Below, one piece after another: positions 19,137-27,651 of a stretch of 64,000 bases of DNA. The stretch is taken from contig JANRKO010000033.1 in NCBI GenBank assembly GCA_033763455.1, forward strand, positions 128,001 through 192,000, read 5' to 3'. The stretch comes from Polyangiaceae bacterium. Its GTDB lineage: Bacteria; Myxococcota_A; Polyangia; Polyangiales; Polyangiaceae. A program made the translations under genes and the position numbers. The notes under the pieces were generated by a model. It had not been told where the DNA came from. It saw only the letters and a program-made list of their open reading frames with translations, and did no database searches. Each line of letters starts with the position of its first letter. Position 1 is the stretch's first letter.

Positions 19137-20204
19137 TTACCTAGAGGGGCTGGCCGCGACATGCTCAAGAATACCGCGTACCTTAGCGCTGAATGGCCCG
19201 TCGGGAAACTTGGCGAGAAATCGCGCTGCGCGCCGGCTGACTTCGCCGCTACGCCCGAGCTTTTCTAATGCAAACACCGCGAGGGCTTCCCGCTCCTCGC
19301 GGAGAGCTCCATTGGGAAACTTAACGCGACTTTCGTCCGCCAGAGCCAAGGCACGTGCGGGGTTCCGAGATAGCTCACGCCGCACTTCCGCGAGCGCGTT
19401 GAGTTCGCTGCGAAGCCTATCTTCAAGTGCCGCACTTTGCGGCTTCTTGGGCGTCGCCAGAGGCTGACGTTCAGGTTCAAGAATGGCGACGACTTCACCC
19501 GTTGCCGAGGGAACCATTGGCGCAGCGACTGAGGAGGCGACGGGTGGAACGTCCGCGACCGGTAGAGAACTACGGCAGCTCACATTTAAGCTCTGCCCCG
19601 TCTGCAGCCGACGCTCAGGAATGCAGCTCCCCGTAACCACTACACTGCCCTCGTGGAGATCTACCGAAAGCTTCCCACTCGGTTCATCCCAGCGCACCGA
19701 GAAACGAGTGCCGGTAACTGCCACTCGAAACGGACCTGCGCTCACACTCCAGGATGTATCGCTGCGGTGCTGAATGGATGCCTCAACGAAACCCTGAAGC
19801 AAGTCCACGCGCGCTCCACGCGGTGTGACATCTGCTATTGCGCAGCGGGTTCCAGGGGCCGCAAAGATCTCACTGCCATCGGAAAACGCCAACCTCTGCT
19901 GCTTGACGTTGCTAACCGAGAGAGCTCCGGCCACAGCAGACACTCCATCTACCGTGAAGCTCAACGGCTTTGGCGAGGGGAGCAGCAAAGCCACTGCCGC
20001 GACAGCGGTAGCGAGGGCGGCAGGAAACCAAACCCAGCTGAGTGAACGTTTTGCCGCTACCGGGCGGCGAAAGCCCTCCCGTGCGAGGCGGGCGCCAACA
20101 CGCCATACCTGATCGCGCTCCGACGCCCAAGCAGCTAAATCTCCCCGAAGATCCCGGCCTAGACGCTCCATCATGAGCGTGGAATTCTGCTCAGCCTCGG
20201 TCAT
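19137..20204 (-). CDS. FecR-domain anti-sigma-like membrane protein with C-terminal TPR-like helices
   Basis: TM helix, then FSDGS, VDLLQG, AGPFRVAVTGTRFSV, VDLHEGSVVV (FecR); C-terminal FPNGALREERE..FPDGP. Confidence 0.85.
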   Translation of the reverse strand: MTEAEQNSTLMMERLGRDLRGDLAAWASERDQVWRVGARLAREGFRRPVAAKRSLSWVWFPAALATAVAAVALLLPSPKPLSFTVDGVSAVAGALSVSNVKQQRLAFSDGSEIFAAPGTRCAIADVTPRGARVDLLQGFVEASIQHRSDTSWSVSAGPFRVAVTGTRFSVRWDEPSGKLSVDLHEGSVVVTGSCIPERRLQTGQSLNVSCRSSLPVADVPPVASSVAAPMVPSATGEVVAILEPERQPLATPKKPQSAALEDRLRSELNALAEVRRELSRNPARALALADESRVKFPNGALREEREALAVFALEKLGRSGEVSRRAARFLAKFPDGPFSAKVRGILEHVAASPSR

Positions 20205-20878
20205 GCACCCTCCTTCAGCCAGTCACCCAACAAGGGTTCACGCTTGGCATACTTGAAAAAGCGCTGTTGAGCGCGAGTGATTCGATGTTTGGTGGTTGCT
20301 TCCGGGGCGCCACAGGCTTCGGCCACCTCTTTCAGGCTCAGGCCCTCGATGTAGCGCAGAGAGAAAGCTATGCGTTCATCGGTCGGAAGTTTTTCAAGCA
20401 CCTTGAAGGCGGTGCGCAGCGCCACGCTTACCTGCTGAGAAGGTTCCGCGGCGGGCACAGGCACTTCCTCGGTGCTCAGGAACCCGAGAAGGTTGCGACG
20501 ACGGCGCCGCTTAATGAAACTACGCGCACTGAACACAGCAATGCTGGTTAACCAGCCCTTCAATGCTGCGGGATTCTTCAGACCGCTGATGCCCTCGATC
20601 GCGGAAATAAATACGTCGTGCAGAAGATCCGCCACTTCGCGTTCTCTGCCCAGCGTGTGCAGGAGGATCCGATGGACGTGGCTGCCATACCGGTCGTAAA
20701 GCTCCTTCTTGGCGCTCAGCTCCCCTGCAACGAGGCTCTCCACCAGGCGCGCCTCCGCCGACACAACCTCCTGTACTCCCGACACTTCGCGCCCGAGCTC
20801 GCGATCCGCCAAAGGCTCCGCCGAAACGGAAACCTCCGTGCGCAAATCTGTTGAGGGTGAGGGCACAAGAGACGACAT
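20201..20878 (-). CDS. ECF RNA polymerase sigma-70 factor
   Basis: Region 2 (LYDRY, DLLHDVFI, GWLTSIA) and region 4 (LPTDERIAFSLRYIEGLSLKEVA..CG...ATTKHRITRA); start taken at ATG 20878. Confidence 0.9.
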   Translation of the reverse strand: MSSLVPSPSTDLRTEVSVSAEPLADRELGREVSGVQEVVSAEARLVESLVAGELSAKKELYDRYGSHVHRILLHTLGREREVADLLHDVFISAIEGISGLKNPAALKGWLTSIAVFSARSFIKRRRRRNLLGFLSTEEVPVPAAEPSQQVSVALRTAFKVLEKLPTDERIAFSLRYIEGLSLKEVAEACGAPEATTKHRITRAQQRFFKYAKREPLLGDWLKEGA

Positions 20879-21272
20879 CAGCTTCTCAGCGAAGTCCCGC
20901 TGAGGGATGAGGCCCAAGCGGGAGCTCAAGCCTAGCACCGGGGTAGCCCCCGTCGCGATGGTGCGCGCCTTTCCGCCAAGTGCCCAGCCGCCCGGCAGCG
21001 GCAGCCCACTACCCCACGCCCACATTGGAGCGGAGTGTATTCGCGGCGGGCAAGCGACCAATTGCATCAAGGTGGACTAGAGTTTTCCAAACCCTCGGAG
21101 CGGTCCTTTCCACATTGACCCACTGGTTTGCGCAGCCCTGTTTTGAGCTAAATCGGCAAACTTTGCCGGGGAAACGCGAGTTTCACGGAACCTGATCGCA
21201 ACCCGCGCTCAACACCCGTGTCAGGAAACGCTCGTTGGGCGTCGCGAAATGCAAAATAGCTAGCGAATTGCT

Positions 21273-21821
21273 TCAGCCACCCATGAAGTCGCGCTGAGTC
21301 GCCAAGCTCACCAGCGGGATCCCGGCCGCACGGATGTTCTCCGCCCCGCCTTCTAACCTGTCCACCAGCGCAACAATGCCGACCACTTCGACGCCGGCGG
21401 CACGCAATGTCTCCACAGCTTTCAGACTGGAGCCGCCAGTTGTGACCACGTCTTCAAGCAGCGCAACGCGAAGACCTGGACGCACGGATTTGTCGCCCTC
21501 CACTAGCTTGGCTGTGCCGTGATCTTTTTGTTGTTTGCGGACATAAAGCGCATTGAGCGGCCGCCCCTTTTGAAAGCTCACCAAAGCCACGGCACTTGCC
21601 AGGGGGCAACCCCCAAGCTCGACGCCAGCCACGGCGTCGCACGCTGGAAGCTCAGATAGCAAATCCAGCATGAGCTCACCCACGAGCGCATGCCCTTCAG
21701 CGGTCAAGATCGTCTGCTTGCAGTCGATGAAGAAGTCACTTTCGCGCCCGGATGCCAGCTTCACACGTCGGCGTTCAAAACTGAGGTCACGCAACAACTG
21801 AATCAAACGATCTCGCTTCAC
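21273..21821 (-). CDS. pyrE: orotate phosphoribosyltransferase
   Basis: LASGRESDFFID, VRKQQKDHG, LEDVVTTGGS, VDRLEG. Confidence 0.95.
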   Translation of the reverse strand: MKRDRLIQLLRDLSFERRRVKLASGRESDFFIDCKQTILTAEGHALVGELMLDLLSELPACDAVAGVELGGCPLASAVALVSFQKGRPLNALYVRKQQKDHGTAKLVEGDKSVRPGLRVALLEDVVTTGGSSLKAVETLRAAGVEVVGIVALVDRLEGGAENIRAAGIPLVSLATQRDFMGG

Positions 21822-22462
21822 TACTTCTTTCCTTTTTTCTTGGCCTTTACGCCTTTTCCTAGAGTCGGGAGTTGGGGTGGCGGTGGGCGGCGTCGCGACG
21901 GCTCTGGGCGTGGGGTTATTGGACCTTCGTCGTCTTCGCTGTCGTCCTCTGGGCGAAACGCAGCGGGCGCGATGGGCGTTGGACGTCGAGGTGTTACCAC
22001 CTCCTGATCGGCAACATCACCGCTCTGCAGAAGTGAACGCGAGCGAACTTCTATGGGCGCAACGGCAGACGCCACGTTAGATTCCGGACTTATGCCCCGT
22101 GCGCGTGTTCCACGCCGAACGGCCAACGAGCTCTCTCCGGCTGTCCGCACTTCTCCTTTGACCCAAGCCCCAACAGCGACGCTTACGCTGGGCGCCATGA
22201 GATCTCCCACGACACGGCCCTCCGATTCGATGGCAACAAGCTCGGTGCCCTTCAGATTGCCTTCGACAGAACCCGCCACCACCACACGGCTCCCGCTCAC
22301 GGTGCCGAGCACAGAACCCGCCTGTGCAACGGTGACCTCGCCCTCGGAGCTGATGTTGCCTTCAATGCGTCCCAAGATCTCGAGGGCGTGGGAAGATTGA
22401 ACGTCCCCACGGATTACCGTATCGGCGCCAATGACTGTCAATGAGGCTACTACCACCGTCAA
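21821..22462 (-). CDS. bactofilin with long Pro/acidic/basic C-terminal tail (BacP-like)
   Basis: TVIGADTVIRGDV...G.IEGNI...V.GDL.AP beta-helix repeats; disordered tail ending KAKKKGKK; start approximate. Confidence 0.85.
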   Translation of the reverse strand: MTVVVASLTVIGADTVIRGDVQSSHALEILGRIEGNISSEGEVTVAQAGSVLGTVSGSRVVVAGSVEGNLKGTELVAIESEGRVVGDLMAPSVSVAVGAWVKGEVRTAGESSLAVRRGTRARGISPESNVASAVAPIEVRSRSLLQSGDVADQEVVTPRRPTPIAPAAFRPEDDSEDDEGPITPRPEPSRRRPPPPQLPTLGKGVKAKKKGKK

Positions 22463-22773
22463 ACCCCCATATCCACGGCACCCTTGAAGGTGGCGCCGTC
22501 AGCAATGGTGAGACGCGCCGCTTTGACGTCTCCAATAAGCTTTCCGCCCGCCTGAAGATCCACCCGCTCAGTTGCTTGAACATCTCCCGTTAGCTGGCCC
22601 GCAATATTGAACTGGGTACCCACTACATCGGCCTCCACAAGGCCGGTAGCTGCAATCGAGACCACATCTGAGGCCTTGAGCTTGCCGCGAATAGTACCGT
22701 GCACCAAGAGCTCTTCCTCGGTGACCATTTCCCCCTCGATTATCAAGCCGTCGCCTAGAACTGTACCTGCCAT
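22459..22773 (-). CDS. bactofilin (polymer-forming cytoskeletal protein)
   Basis: TVLGDGLIIEGE...GDVQA.ERVDL..GG...GDVKAARL.IADGA.FKG.VDM. Confidence 0.92.
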   Translation of the reverse strand: MAGTVLGDGLIIEGEMVTEEELLVHGTIRGKLKASDVVSIAATGLVEADVVGTQFNIAGQLTGDVQATERVDLQAGGKLIGDVKAARLTIADGATFKGAVDMGV

Positions 22774-22781
22774 GCTGGAAC

Positions 22782-23144
22782 CTAACGCGCGCCGGGGGCG
22801 CCCTTCCCTGCTGTTTCACGAGCGGTGTCGAGCTTGACGGCGACACGCGCGCCGGCCTCGATGCTGATTTCGGAGCCCTTGAGTTCGCCACGCACGGTGG
22901 CCCCGGCGCGCACCAAGATCGCGCCCTCGGTCAGAGCATCGCCCAAAAGCGTACCTTCTACTTCGAGTGATTCGGCGCGAACGTTACCTTCTACGCTAGC
23001 GCCTTTCGCCACGAAAACCGGGCCCGTAACGGCAACGTCGCCGCGCAGGCTTCCCTCAATGCTGAGGCCTCCGCGTCCACTAACGCGGCCTGTCACCCGC
23101 GTGGCACGTCCCAAAACGCTGATGCTAGAGCCGTGACGAGCCAT
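22782..23144 (-). CDS. bactofilin (polymer-forming cytoskeletal protein)
   Basis: SVLGR.TRV.G...G.L.IEG.L.GDV...VEGNVRA...ISIEAGA; start at ATG 23144. Confidence 0.88.
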   Translation of the reverse strand: MARHGSSISVLGRATRVTGRVSGRGGLSIEGSLRGDVAVTGPVFVAKGASVEGNVRAESLEVEGTLLGDALTEGAILVRAGATVRGELKGSEISIEAGARVAVKLDTARETAGKGAPGAR

Positions 23145-23255
23145 AAGTGTTGGCCACGCTAATACACCCACCCCTCCGTGTCAGCACATCGTGAGGCTTC
23201 GAGGAGATGTGCAGTATTTCGGGGCCCACAAAGAGCTCAACAGCACGAAAACTCC

Positions 23256-23498
23256 CTAAACGGGCTCGCCGGGAAGTGCTCGATGGGGCCTAAGTACCTG
23301 GCGAAGCCGTTCTACATCGCTCGGCGCAACCAGCATCCAAGCAATCCAGTGGATTTCCGTCACGGCCTCGGCTCCCGTACCCCCGGTGGCCAGGTGTTCA
23401 CGCACCGCGAATTCGGCGAGATGCCGACTTTGATGCCTCGCTGTGCCTTCAGCGGTGCGCCCGCGAAAATCCCATATTAGGCGAATGCTTTCCGTCAT
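23256..23498 (-). CDS. small conserved-looking hypothetical protein
   Basis: 80 aa, IRLIWDFRG...HLAEF...LRPHR; fills the gap between the bactofilin operon and the prs-like gene. Confidence 0.65.
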   Translation of the reverse strand: MTESIRLIWDFRGRTAEGTARHQSRHLAEFAVREHLATGGTGAEAVTEIHWIAWMLVAPSDVERLRQVLRPHRALPGEPV

Positions 23499-23626
23499 AG
23501 CTCAAGCCCTGGAACCCTACCCGAAGCTTCAGAAATCCACGAGTCACTTTGGCCCTGTCGCCGCGGCGCCCGTGTAGGCCGTATCGAATGCTTCCCAATG
23601 CTCCAATTGAGGGCTAAGCCCCGCCC

Positions 23627-24703
23627 GTGCCCCGCGACACATTCTCAGAAGGCCGACCCTTCAATCAACACGGAGGGCTCACGCTGGTGCCAATGCCCGG
23701 GTTTGAGCAGCTCGCAAAGCGAGTCCAAAGCGAGTTCGATCGCGCGGGCTTTCAGTTCGCCACGAGTGTGGACATCGCCGAGCCGGAGTTTGGGTTTCGC
23801 TCGAGCGGTGAGCCCTATGTGCGCCTCGGCAAAGAGCACATCGCCGGGCACGATTGCGTGATTCTGACGAGCGGGCCGGGAACGCCCGAAATGTTGATCC
23901 AACTCATGCTGGTGCTTCGCTACTTAAGCGGGCGCCGGGCCAGCCGAACAGCCGTGGTTACAGGGTATTTCCCACTCGGGCGCTCGGACAAAGACGAGGG
24001 GGCAAAGGAATTCGCACTGCCGCCTTTGTTGATCGACCTCATGATGGCCTCCACCTTTCGTGATCTCGACCGCGTGATTGCCGTGGATCTGCACGCACCT
24101 CAGGTAGTGATGTCGGGACGAACGGGGTTTATCACTGAAGTGAGCTTGGTGAGGCGCGTCTTGATGCGCGCGGTGGTTGAAGCCATGGCCGAACAGGAAC
24201 CGCTTTGCATCTGCTTTCCGGATGACACCTCCGCCAAACGTGTCGAGAGCGCCGTCGATCTGATCTGCAGAGAGCTTAACATTCAGCTCCCCACCGTTTA
24301 CGGAGTGAAGCGAAGAAAGTCGAGCTCTCAAACGCAGCTGCGCGCTCTGTTTGGGGATCTCGAAGCACTCAAGGGTGCCACTGTCCTCAACCTGGACGAC
24401 GAAATCGCAACAGGCAGCACCAACATCAACAGCGCCCGCGCCCTCAAGGAACAATACGGTGCCAAACGCGTGTGGGCGGTCGTCACGCATGGAGTCCTTT
24501 GCGGCAACGCGGCGGCCGAATTCGGCAAGGAGGATTGCCCGGTGGATCGCGTGTTCATCACTGACACCATTCCGGTGGAGCCGCGCCCTGAGCTGCAAGG
24601 CTTGCTCGCGAGCGGCCGGTTGCAGGTCACCGAGTGGAGTCCAGATCTGGGGTGGATCCTCTACCACCACCATTGGAACCTTTCGATCCGCGAATTGCGC
24701 TGA
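23627..24703 (+). CDS. divergent ribose-phosphate pyrophosphokinase (Prs)-like protein
   Basis: F.SGEPYVRL, VDLHAPQ, KRR, LDDEIATGST PRPP-binding loop, VVTHGVL, ITDTIP. Confidence 0.85.
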   Translation: MPRDTFSEGRPFNQHGGLTLVPMPGFEQLAKRVQSEFDRAGFQFATSVDIAEPEFGFRSSGEPYVRLGKEHIAGHDCVILTSGPGTPEMLIQLMLVLRYLSGRRASRTAVVTGYFPLGRSDKDEGAKEFALPPLLIDLMMASTFRDLDRVIAVDLHAPQVVMSGRTGFITEVSLVRRVLMRAVVEAMAEQEPLCICFPDDTSAKRVESAVDLICRELNIQLPTVYGVKRRKSSSQTQLRALFGDLEALKGATVLNLDDEIATGSTNINSARALKEQYGAKRVWAVVTHGVLCGNAAAEFGKEDCPVDRVFITDTIPVEPRPELQGLLASGRLQVTEWSPDLGWILYHHHWNLSIRELR

Positions 24704-24782
24704 ATTTGGCCAGAAATCCGGGTTTGGGCCGGGGAAGGTTCCACTTCCGACCGAGTGAACCCGGGAGTATAGTGCCGGGTCC

Positions 24783-26261
24783 GTGTCTGACCTCCCCCCA
24801 GACGTTTCCCTCTCGCACCTCCACCCAGGGGTGGTTGTCGTTGAGCGCTACGAACTTCTGAGTTGTATCGGTCGCGGCGGCATGGGGGTGGTTTGGAAAG
24901 CGCGCCACTGCAGCCTGGGGCATGACGTCGCCATTAAGTTTTTGTCGTCGCCAAGGTTGGATAAAGCAGCGCTCAGCCGCTTCGATCGCGAGGCCAGATT
25001 ATCGGCAAAGTTGGGCGAACTCTCCCGTCATATCGTGCGGGTTCAAGACCACGGCACCCATGAAGGGCGCCCTTTTGTCGTGATGGAATTCCTCTCAGGC
25101 GAGTCCCTGGCCGAACGCCTCGCGCGTGAGCCTACCCTGCCACCCAGGGATATCATTCGTGTCGTGGATCACCTGGCCAAGGCCTTGGTCGTCGCGCACC
25201 AAGCGGGCGTGGTACACTTGGACATTAAGCCTGCGAATGTGTTCATCACGCGCCTGCCTGAGGATGAGCATATCTGGGTAAAACTGCTGGATTTTGGAGC
25301 TGCACGAGGTTGGCTTCGCAAAGGTGGGGATTCGGGGGAACACCAGGTCGTCGGCACGCCGAGCTACATGAGTCCGGAGCAAATCGCCGGGACGCCGCCA
25401 GTGGATGGGCGAGCGGATCTGTGGGCGCTAGGAATTCTCGCCTATCGCATGGCCGTTGGCAGGCCAGCGTTCGCCTTCGGCGAAAGAAGCGACCTTATTT
25501 TTCGGATCCTTCAAACACCCGCCCCGCCTCCTTCGTCGCTCAACCCAGGCATGCCGAAAGCATTCGACGAGTGGATGAGTCGTGCGCTCGCTAAGCAGCC
25601 GCACGATCGTTTCACGGATGGAAGAGAATTGGCCCGAGCGTTGGCCAGCAGCTTCGGATTCGACTTGGCAATGTCTGCGCCACCTTCGCGCCCGCCACCA
25701 CTTCCCTCCACCCGCCCCCCAGCCGCAGTTGCGACGAGCGCCATGAGCCCGCCCGCCACGATCAACACCCGGCTTGAGAGCTCGGAAGCACTTGCTGCAC
25801 AGCCCTCAGAGCGAGTTCCACAGTCTCTTACCCCTCTTGCCACTCCGGTACCGCCCGAATCGAGCGCGCCCCGTTTTCGCTGGGGCATTGCTGCCATCGT
25901 CCTCATCGGTCTCGGGCTTCTGGGTGCATATCTCCTCAAGTTCACAGCGCAAGCGCCTCCGGAAGCAGCATTGCCAGCTTCCGTGCGGTTGACGCAGGAA
26001 CCCCCTGAAACACCTGTGATTGCCCCGGCTCCCACGCCCGCCCCCGAAGCCACCGTCGATAAATCAGCAAGGCCAGCACAAATCGAGCAGAGCCAAGAAC
26101 CTCCCACTTCAAACGCGCCGAAGCCTGCAAGCAATGTAGCCCAGAAATTAGCCAACCCCGCCAGGCCGCTGAAGCAACGCTCAAGCCCACCAAAATCGAA
26201 CCCCGCGGCAGGCCTCAGGGACGAATCCAAGAAACGCTGGGATTTGGATTCGCACTACTAA
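24783..26261 (+). CDS. membrane serine/threonine protein kinase
   Basis: IGRGGMGVVW, VAIK, HLDIKPANV, LLDFG, GTPSYMSPEQ, ADLWALG; TM helix and Pro-rich tail. Confidence 0.93.
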   Translation: MSDLPPDVSLSHLHPGVVVVERYELLSCIGRGGMGVVWKARHCSLGHDVAIKFLSSPRLDKAALSRFDREARLSAKLGELSRHIVRVQDHGTHEGRPFVVMEFLSGESLAERLAREPTLPPRDIIRVVDHLAKALVVAHQAGVVHLDIKPANVFITRLPEDEHIWVKLLDFGAARGWLRKGGDSGEHQVVGTPSYMSPEQIAGTPPVDGRADLWALGILAYRMAVGRPAFAFGERSDLIFRILQTPAPPPSSLNPGMPKAFDEWMSRALAKQPHDRFTDGRELARALASSFGFDLAMSAPPSRPPPLPSTRPPAAVATSAMSPPATINTRLESSEALAAQPSERVPQSLTPLATPVPPESSAPRFRWGIAAIVLIGLGLLGAYLLKFTAQAPPEAALPASVRLTQEPPETPVIAPAPTPAPEATVDKSARPAQIEQSQEPPTSNAPKPASNVAQKLANPARPLKQRSSPPKSNPAAGLRDESKKRWDLDSHY

Positions 26262-26288
26262 CATGCAGCGCACGCGGGGAGCTGCAAC

Positions 26289-27017
26289 TTACGGGCACGT
26301 TCTAGCTTTTTCTTTCGCCGCGGCCTGAGTCGCTGTGAGAACTTCTTGGGCCCGTGCAACGGAACGAAAGAGCCCGCGAGCAAAGAGGGTTTCGCGCGAT
26401 GCCTCAGAAAAATCACCCTTACGACCGTAGCTTGCCGCACCAAGCAAGATGGCGGCCGATACACTCATGTTCAAGCTTTCGACGAAACCTCGCATCGGTA
26501 TACGCACGGAGTTGTCAGAAGCCTGCACGAGGTCATCGGAGATGCCGGCATGTTCGTTGCCAAGCACCAAAGCTAGCCGTGGAATGTCAGCGAGATCTTG
26601 AGGCTCTAGGTTTCCCTGTGGGTGCGTTGCAATCAGCGTGCGTCCGGAAGCCTTCAACCTCTCAATTGCAGGAGCCGACGCATTGTACAGGTGCACGTCC
26701 ACCCAGCGTTCACTCCCGCGGGAAGCCCGGCGAGCCACCATGAACGGATCAGTACGCTGAATCACGTGCACACACTGCACCCCAAACGCATCGCACGAAC
26801 GGATAACGGCCCCACCGTTGTGCGGATCGTAAGGAGCATCCATCACCACCGTGACGCTTTCGAGGCGTGCATCAACCACCGCACGGATTTTGGCCTGGCG
26901 CTCTTCGCTTACCCACGGCGAAAGTGCAGCGATGACCCGTGCCGCATCCCAACCGCCTTCCCACGGGACCTCCAGTTCGGGAGCCGGCTCGTAGGCATCG
27001 GGGCTCGTGCGTCGCAT
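26289..27017 (-). CDS. TrmH/SpoU family RNA 2'-O-methyltransferase
   Basis: DPHNGGAVIRSCDAFG, LGNEHAGIS, IPMRGFVESLNMSVSAA. Confidence 0.92.
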   Translation of the reverse strand: MRRTSPDAYEPAPELEVPWEGGWDAARVIAALSPWVSEERQAKIRAVVDARLESVTVVMDAPYDPHNGGAVIRSCDAFGVQCVHVIQRTDPFMVARRASRGSERWVDVHLYNASAPAIERLKASGRTLIATHPQGNLEPQDLADIPRLALVLGNEHAGISDDLVQASDNSVRIPMRGFVESLNMSVSAAILLGAASYGRKGDFSEASRETLFARGLFRSVARAQEVLTATQAAAKEKARTCP

Positions 27018-27211
27018 CTTGAGACTCGCTCGTAGCTTAATTTTTGGGTTTTGTGGGGATATCCTTGCACGGAGTTCTAGCTACACCTGAAACGGCAAGG
27101 GGGCTTCCGCAACGGAACCCGGGGCATTATGTAGAAAGGGTTCGCCAATCGGGTGACCCTTGCTGAAATTTCTCGCGGATCATCCCTCACCGTCTGGAGC
27201 ACCGAAACACC

Positions 27212-27535
27212 ATGGCATCCGAAAAGGTCCAAGTTTTCAATGACCTCAACTTCGACCAGGAGGTCTTGAAGTCCCCCGTGCCCGTCCTTGTAGATTTCAC
27301 GGCAACTTGGTGTGGCCCATGTAAAGCGCTCGCGCCCATCGTTGATCAGGTGGCAACGGAGCTTGATGGCAAAGCTATCGTCGGCAAGCTTGATATCGAT
27401 GAGTCGCCCATCACGGCCGGCAAATACGGCGTGCGCGGTGTCCCCACCGTCATGGTCTTCAAGAACGGCGAACGCTCTGCGCAGCACGTCGGTCTGACGA
27501 CCAAGCAGAAGCTCGTCGATCTGATCGGCGCCTAA
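27212..27535 (+). CDS. trxA: thioredoxin
   Basis: VLVDFTATWCGPCK, YGVRGVPT. Confidence 0.97.
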   Translation: MASEKVQVFNDLNFDQEVLKSPVPVLVDFTATWCGPCKALAPIVDQVATELDGKAIVGKLDIDESPITAGKYGVRGVPTVMVFKNGERSAQHVGLTTKQKLVDLIGA

Positions 27536-27550
27536 GCGCATCGCTCATCC

Positions 27551-27630
27551 GAACCCCGCGGCTCCGTGCCGACGTCAGGAGCAGGTAACTGCTCCTGCCT
27601 GGTTCCCGTCCGCTCGGCGCGGGGCTTCTT
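27551..27630 (+). other. structured intergenic element (nested stem-loop with GNRA tetraloop; terminator or small structured RNA)
   Basis: Perfect 9-bp stem caggagcag-gtaa-ctgctcctg (27576-27597) inside outer pairings ccccgcg/cgcgggg and gccga/tcggc, followed by cttctt. Confidence 0.55.
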
Positions 27631-27651
27631 CTAACTGCCTAATGAGTTAGC

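Noticed and set aside
27077..27541. 154-aa minus-strand ORF
   Set aside because: Antisense to the unambiguous trxA
27551..27630. SRP RNA (ffs) or tRNA
   Set aside because: No cloverleaf or TTCG T-loop, and the hairpin is perfectly paired, lacking the SRP helix-8 internal loops; kept only as a generic structured element
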